Shown piece after piece: positions 59,641 to 64,000 of a stretch of 64,000 bases of DNA; position 1 is the first letter of the stretch, and each line of letters begins with the position of its first letter. The notes beneath the pieces are model-generated. The model was not told the origin of the DNA. It ran no database searches and saw only the letters and a program-made list of their open reading frames with translations. The position numbers and the translations under genes are program-made. Source of the DNA: Octopus sinensis (Eukaryota). The stretch is from positions 65,534,001 to 65,598,000 of the forward strand of contig NC_043000.1 in the NCBI RefSeq assembly GCF_006345805.1. The letters run 5' to 3'.

Positions 59641-61419
59641 CGAATATGTAAGTACATGTATGATAGCGGCTTCTTCATTTATTAAGAAGATTGTTTACTG
59701 GTATTTATATAGTAAAAACTTGAATGAAAATGTGAATTTCGAGAATTTTTATATATTTTCAACTGTAATAGTAACAGTACATTGAATTAGTCGAGTCCAG
59801 GCCAATTGTTTCAATTGTTTCTTTGAAAAGCTTTTGAAAGTTAGCACGTTTACAACATTTGCGTGCAATACATCAATGAATATTATGAAGATATTTTATT
59901 TTCCCAAACGTCTGATGTGACATTTGCATTAACTGGACCAATGACCATCACAACAGTAAGCAGCTTTGCGTCTCAGAGAACAATATCTGCTCTATTTTCG
60001 ATGCATTTGATGGACGGACGTTTCAGCTAGAATTCCTAAAATTTAAGTAGTAAGAAGCTGATTTTGTATATGACAGATATATCTATTACGGTGTTAAGTG
60101 ACAGCAGTTGTTTATCTAAGATGCATGTTCTTAATAACTGTTTATCCTGCCTTCTCCTTTTTGACAGAGTAGGAGCTACTTCTCTGTTATTTCTATTGTT
60201 TGTATTCTTCGAAATTTTCAACAAATGAAAGTTGTCACAAATTACGAAGTATATGCATTTGTAAAAACTCAGGGGACATAAAACCATAAAAGCAGTATGC
60301 TTAGCTCTAAGAAAAACTTACATATTTTGACAGCTTTGTCCAGAGATTAGCAGCGTAAAAGAAGGATGTAATGCAATTTAGGAAGCAAGATTTAGAAAAT
60401 AACAAAAAATTTACCCCAGCAATTAGAAAAAAAAAGGTTTCTTCATAAAATGGATGTATAATATAACCAAAATATTTCTAAGGAGTCATTCAAAATATAA
60501 TTCTCTTGGGAAACGAATCGCAAATAGACTTTTCTAGAAAGGAACACCTCTTTCAATTCGGTTAAGGATGTAATACATTTTAACATATTTTTTTGGATTA
60601 CAAAGTAAAAAAAGAAAAAGAAAAAGAAGAATCTGGATATATAATGCACGAGTATTCATTGTTACTTACTTTATCAGCATCATGAACAATATTTCAGTTT
60701 TAGATATTGAATTGTATAAAATTTGTCGAAAACCAACGGTACTTTAATTTTTTAGCATTTTATGCCATCTACATTGTAGTTTTAAAAATTTATAATTGAT
60801 AAGAAAGTAGAAAAGAGAAGCGTGAATAAAGTCTTCAAGAGAATCTGGTACTAGGTTATACTAAACTAACTTGTATCTCAGTCACTACTGCCGAGTCTCA
60901 GGTTAGCTGTGATCAAGCAGGCAAAAATATATACAAGGAAACATAAATATTTTAAATTATATTCCACAATCATGTGTTTAAATCAGAATAGTAATAAGGA
61001 TATTATTTAGATTCATAAACATGATTTTGAAATATAATTTAAAATGTGTCCTTCTTTTTTAAAGACTATAGTGTGAGACTGGATATAGATATGACTGTTA
61101 TTTCTAATATATCAAGCGACAACGCAGAGTCTCCCTCACTGACTCCGATATTTCGTGATAGCTCACCGACGTCAGAGTGGTTTGTATCTACTTTGCGGGC
61201 GATGGATATTAAGTTGTTACTTCTTTTAGTGTAATTAGTCTAGCAGTGTACTTCCAGTATACTTAGCAGAAATTAATGTCAGATAAACTAAACATGTTAC
61301 GTGAGACAAACTGGCAACTTTTTCAAAGAGATATTTATTTCTCAGTGTTTCCGGTAAAGAAAAACCAGAGCTAATAGAGATCTATATAAGCTTATCTTTC
61401 ATTTTTAATCTTTTACTAA

Positions 61420-61590
61420 TTTCAGTCTCCGGACTGCGGCCATGTTGGGCACTACCTCGAAGAATTTAGTCGAACAAATCGACCCCAGTAATTATTCTAT
61501 CGGTCTCCTTTTTCCGATCTGCTAAGTTACGGGGACGTAAGTAAACCAATGCCACTTGTCGTGCAGTGATGGAAGACAATCACACGCACG
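61420..61590 (-). mobile_element. SINE family A body
   Basis: ggactgcggccatgttgggcac..tagtcgaacaaatcgacccc..ctaagttacggggacgtaa. Confidence 0.75.
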
Positions 61591-62034
61591 CGTACACTGT
61601 CTGAACTATCTGCTATCATATTGAACTATCTGCTCATTGAAATAATCGTATAAGTAACCAAGTATTCCGCATACACGTGTACCATTAAAGTGACCATCAG
61701 TATATGACAAGACTGTAACTTTGAATTATAAGTACAATCTATCCAACGGCTCTCCACTCACTTTGCGTCAGCACAATTTCACATAGAAGGCTTTGATTAA
61801 CCCATGGCTACGGTAAAAGATGCTTGTTCAAGCTGCCCCACAGTAAGAACGAAGCGTCGACCTCATGATTGCAAAGCGAACATTCTAATCATTCGGCTAT
61901 GCTACATCAAAATATAACAAAAGCTTTATAATTAATACATATAGTTAATCAATTATAGTGTTAAAATCTTTGATTGATTAGTAGGAATTTATGCATTACT
62001 ATTAGTATTGAATTACGCATACACACATATACGC

Positions 62035-62296
<262 letters not shown>

Positions 62297-62892
62297 CGAA
62301 CAGTTGAGATTTCAAACAACAGAAATGCTATTCAATACATATAGAAAAATTCATTTAATCTGAAAAACTCTGATGATCCATTCTGCTGCTACTCAGGTTT
62401 TCTCGCTACGTATGATCTTTCAGTCAACAAAAAAGATGTCTCCAGAATGATCATATGTAGTGAAAAGATTCAAGTTGCGTCGGAGTGAATTGCAGATTTT
62501 TAACGAATAATAATTTATCATAATATATATATATGCATTATGACATAATATAAATTTACCATGCTCTTTCATCGACCGTAGACTGAAGATGAAAGCAATT
62601 TCGGTGCACTTATCATCTGAATTGCACACTTACCACAGCGCTACTGAGTTTCGATGTCGAGATTGAACGACAAATGTGCAAAATTAAACGAAATATTAGG
62701 TTAGGATGAACAAAACAGAGATAAAAAGATTAACTAGTGACGACTGTGCGAAGTGTAACGCTAAGAGAAAATGAGTGGGTAGCTGGGAGTTAGCCCTCCA
62801 ACAAAGAAAGAAAGAAAGAAAGAGAGAGAGAGCATGATAGATAGATAAATAGATAGAAAAAGAGAGGGGGTGAGATAGGTAGCTAGCTAACC

Positions 62893-62966
<74 letters not shown>

Positions 62967-63619
62967 GTGGAGAGAAAGGGAAAGACAGCGAGAGTGAGAG
63001 AGAAAGCGAAAGAGAGAAAGAGGGAAATAATCTGGAGCAGTTCAGAGAACAAAATGAACGAAGAAGGCTGGGCAATGGGATTAGAATCATATGAAGACGT
63101 AAAGGTATTGTGGCAAGGTTGCAATCGAATAGAGAAATGGAAGGGGAGAATAGATTGGAGCGCGAAAGGGTAAGACGGGAAAGTGCTAGAGAGAGAGGGG
63201 AGAGAGAAGGAGAAAGAGGGAGGAAGAGAAAGAGAGACAAAGGATGTGGTTGCTGAAAGCAAAAGTACAATGAAAAAAATATTACATGGCGTTACCATTA
63301 AAGAGAAGAAAAATTAAGCACGGAAAACAGATAAAGCACTGTGAAAAGTGCAAACAAGGTCATCACACTTTCTCAAGGTTATTTCAGTGTATCAATTAAC
63401 AGAAATGCGTACATACCGTAGCGTCACCGGAGTTTGGTGTCCAGACAGGATGACAACAAATATACAAAATGGAACGGAACATTAGTTCGTGAGGTTAAGA
63501 CGAACAAAACATAGGGCGAAATTAGAAAGGATGTATGTATGTATGTATGTATGTATGTATGTATGTATGTATGTATGTATGTATGTATGAATGTATGTAT
63601 GCATGTATGTAAGTAAGGA

Positions 63620-64000
63620 AAATAGGTTGCCCCCACCAAAAAAATTAAATTTGTAAACATGATCAGGGCTTTGCATCAAGATATGAAAGCTAGAGTTAAT
63701 TTTGGTGGTAGGCTCTCTGAATCTTTCACAGTGGAAAATGGAGTAAAGCCCTTGCTTTACTCCATTTTCCACAGACCCTGATGCACCCACCCTCTTTGCA
63801 ATATACTTTGCTGTTGTGTTGCCACATGCTTTACAAAACTCTGAGGAGAGTATTTATATAAAATATCGAACAACAGGGAATGTTTTTAATATTACCAGAC
63901 TGAAATTCAAAACGAAGGTTTTAACTTCACTCACTAGGGAACTTCTGTACGCTGACGATTGCGATCTTGTCAATCATTCTGAAACAGGTCTGCAATATCT
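63620..64000 (+). mobile_element. RTE (Bov-B-like) LINE RT region, runs off the window
   Basis: KFVNMIRALHQDMKARV..SESFTVENGVK[QG]..APTLFAIYF..KYRTTGNVFN..RL...TK..RELLYADDCDLV. Confidence 0.92.

Noticed and set aside
61060-61240. Death-domain-like peptide on the minus strand (IARKV..GELSRNIGVSEGD)
   Set aside because: Short, bounded by stops, lacks the key Trp, and has no splice sites.

Overview
AT-rich, microsatellite-dense eukaryotic DNA. The tRNA-derived SINE families, Penelope-like elements (PLEs) and RTE/CR1 LINE relics point to a coleoid cephalopod, most likely Octopus (inferred from repeat content, no search run). One convincing host coding region was found: a single large minus-strand exon (20785-23583, about 932 aa from the first in-frame ATG). 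It encodes a low-complexity nuclear-type protein with an AT-hook, a Cys-rich block and a C-terminal helix resembling that of LRIF1. Three CpG-rich promoter or first-exon-like islands lie near 26.7, 34.4 and 44.3 kb. The rest is transposon debris: Tc1/mariner, hAT MITEs, Helentron-type elements, CR1/RTE/RLE LINEs, SINEs and several PLE families. The strongest second-look signals are in the PLE hammerhead ribozymes (HHRs). One is an intact minimal type I HHR whose core carries a swapped G3:C8 pair (10280-10330, minus). Another is a rearranged PLE at 43.9-46.2 kb with three HHRs: two in tandem that would release a 531-nt RNA with a tRNA-like head, and one inverted across a housekeeping-like promoter. 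Most ORF-track entries are microsatellite or repeat artefacts. All calls are by eye; element boundaries are approximate unless given by TIR, repeat or codon positions.
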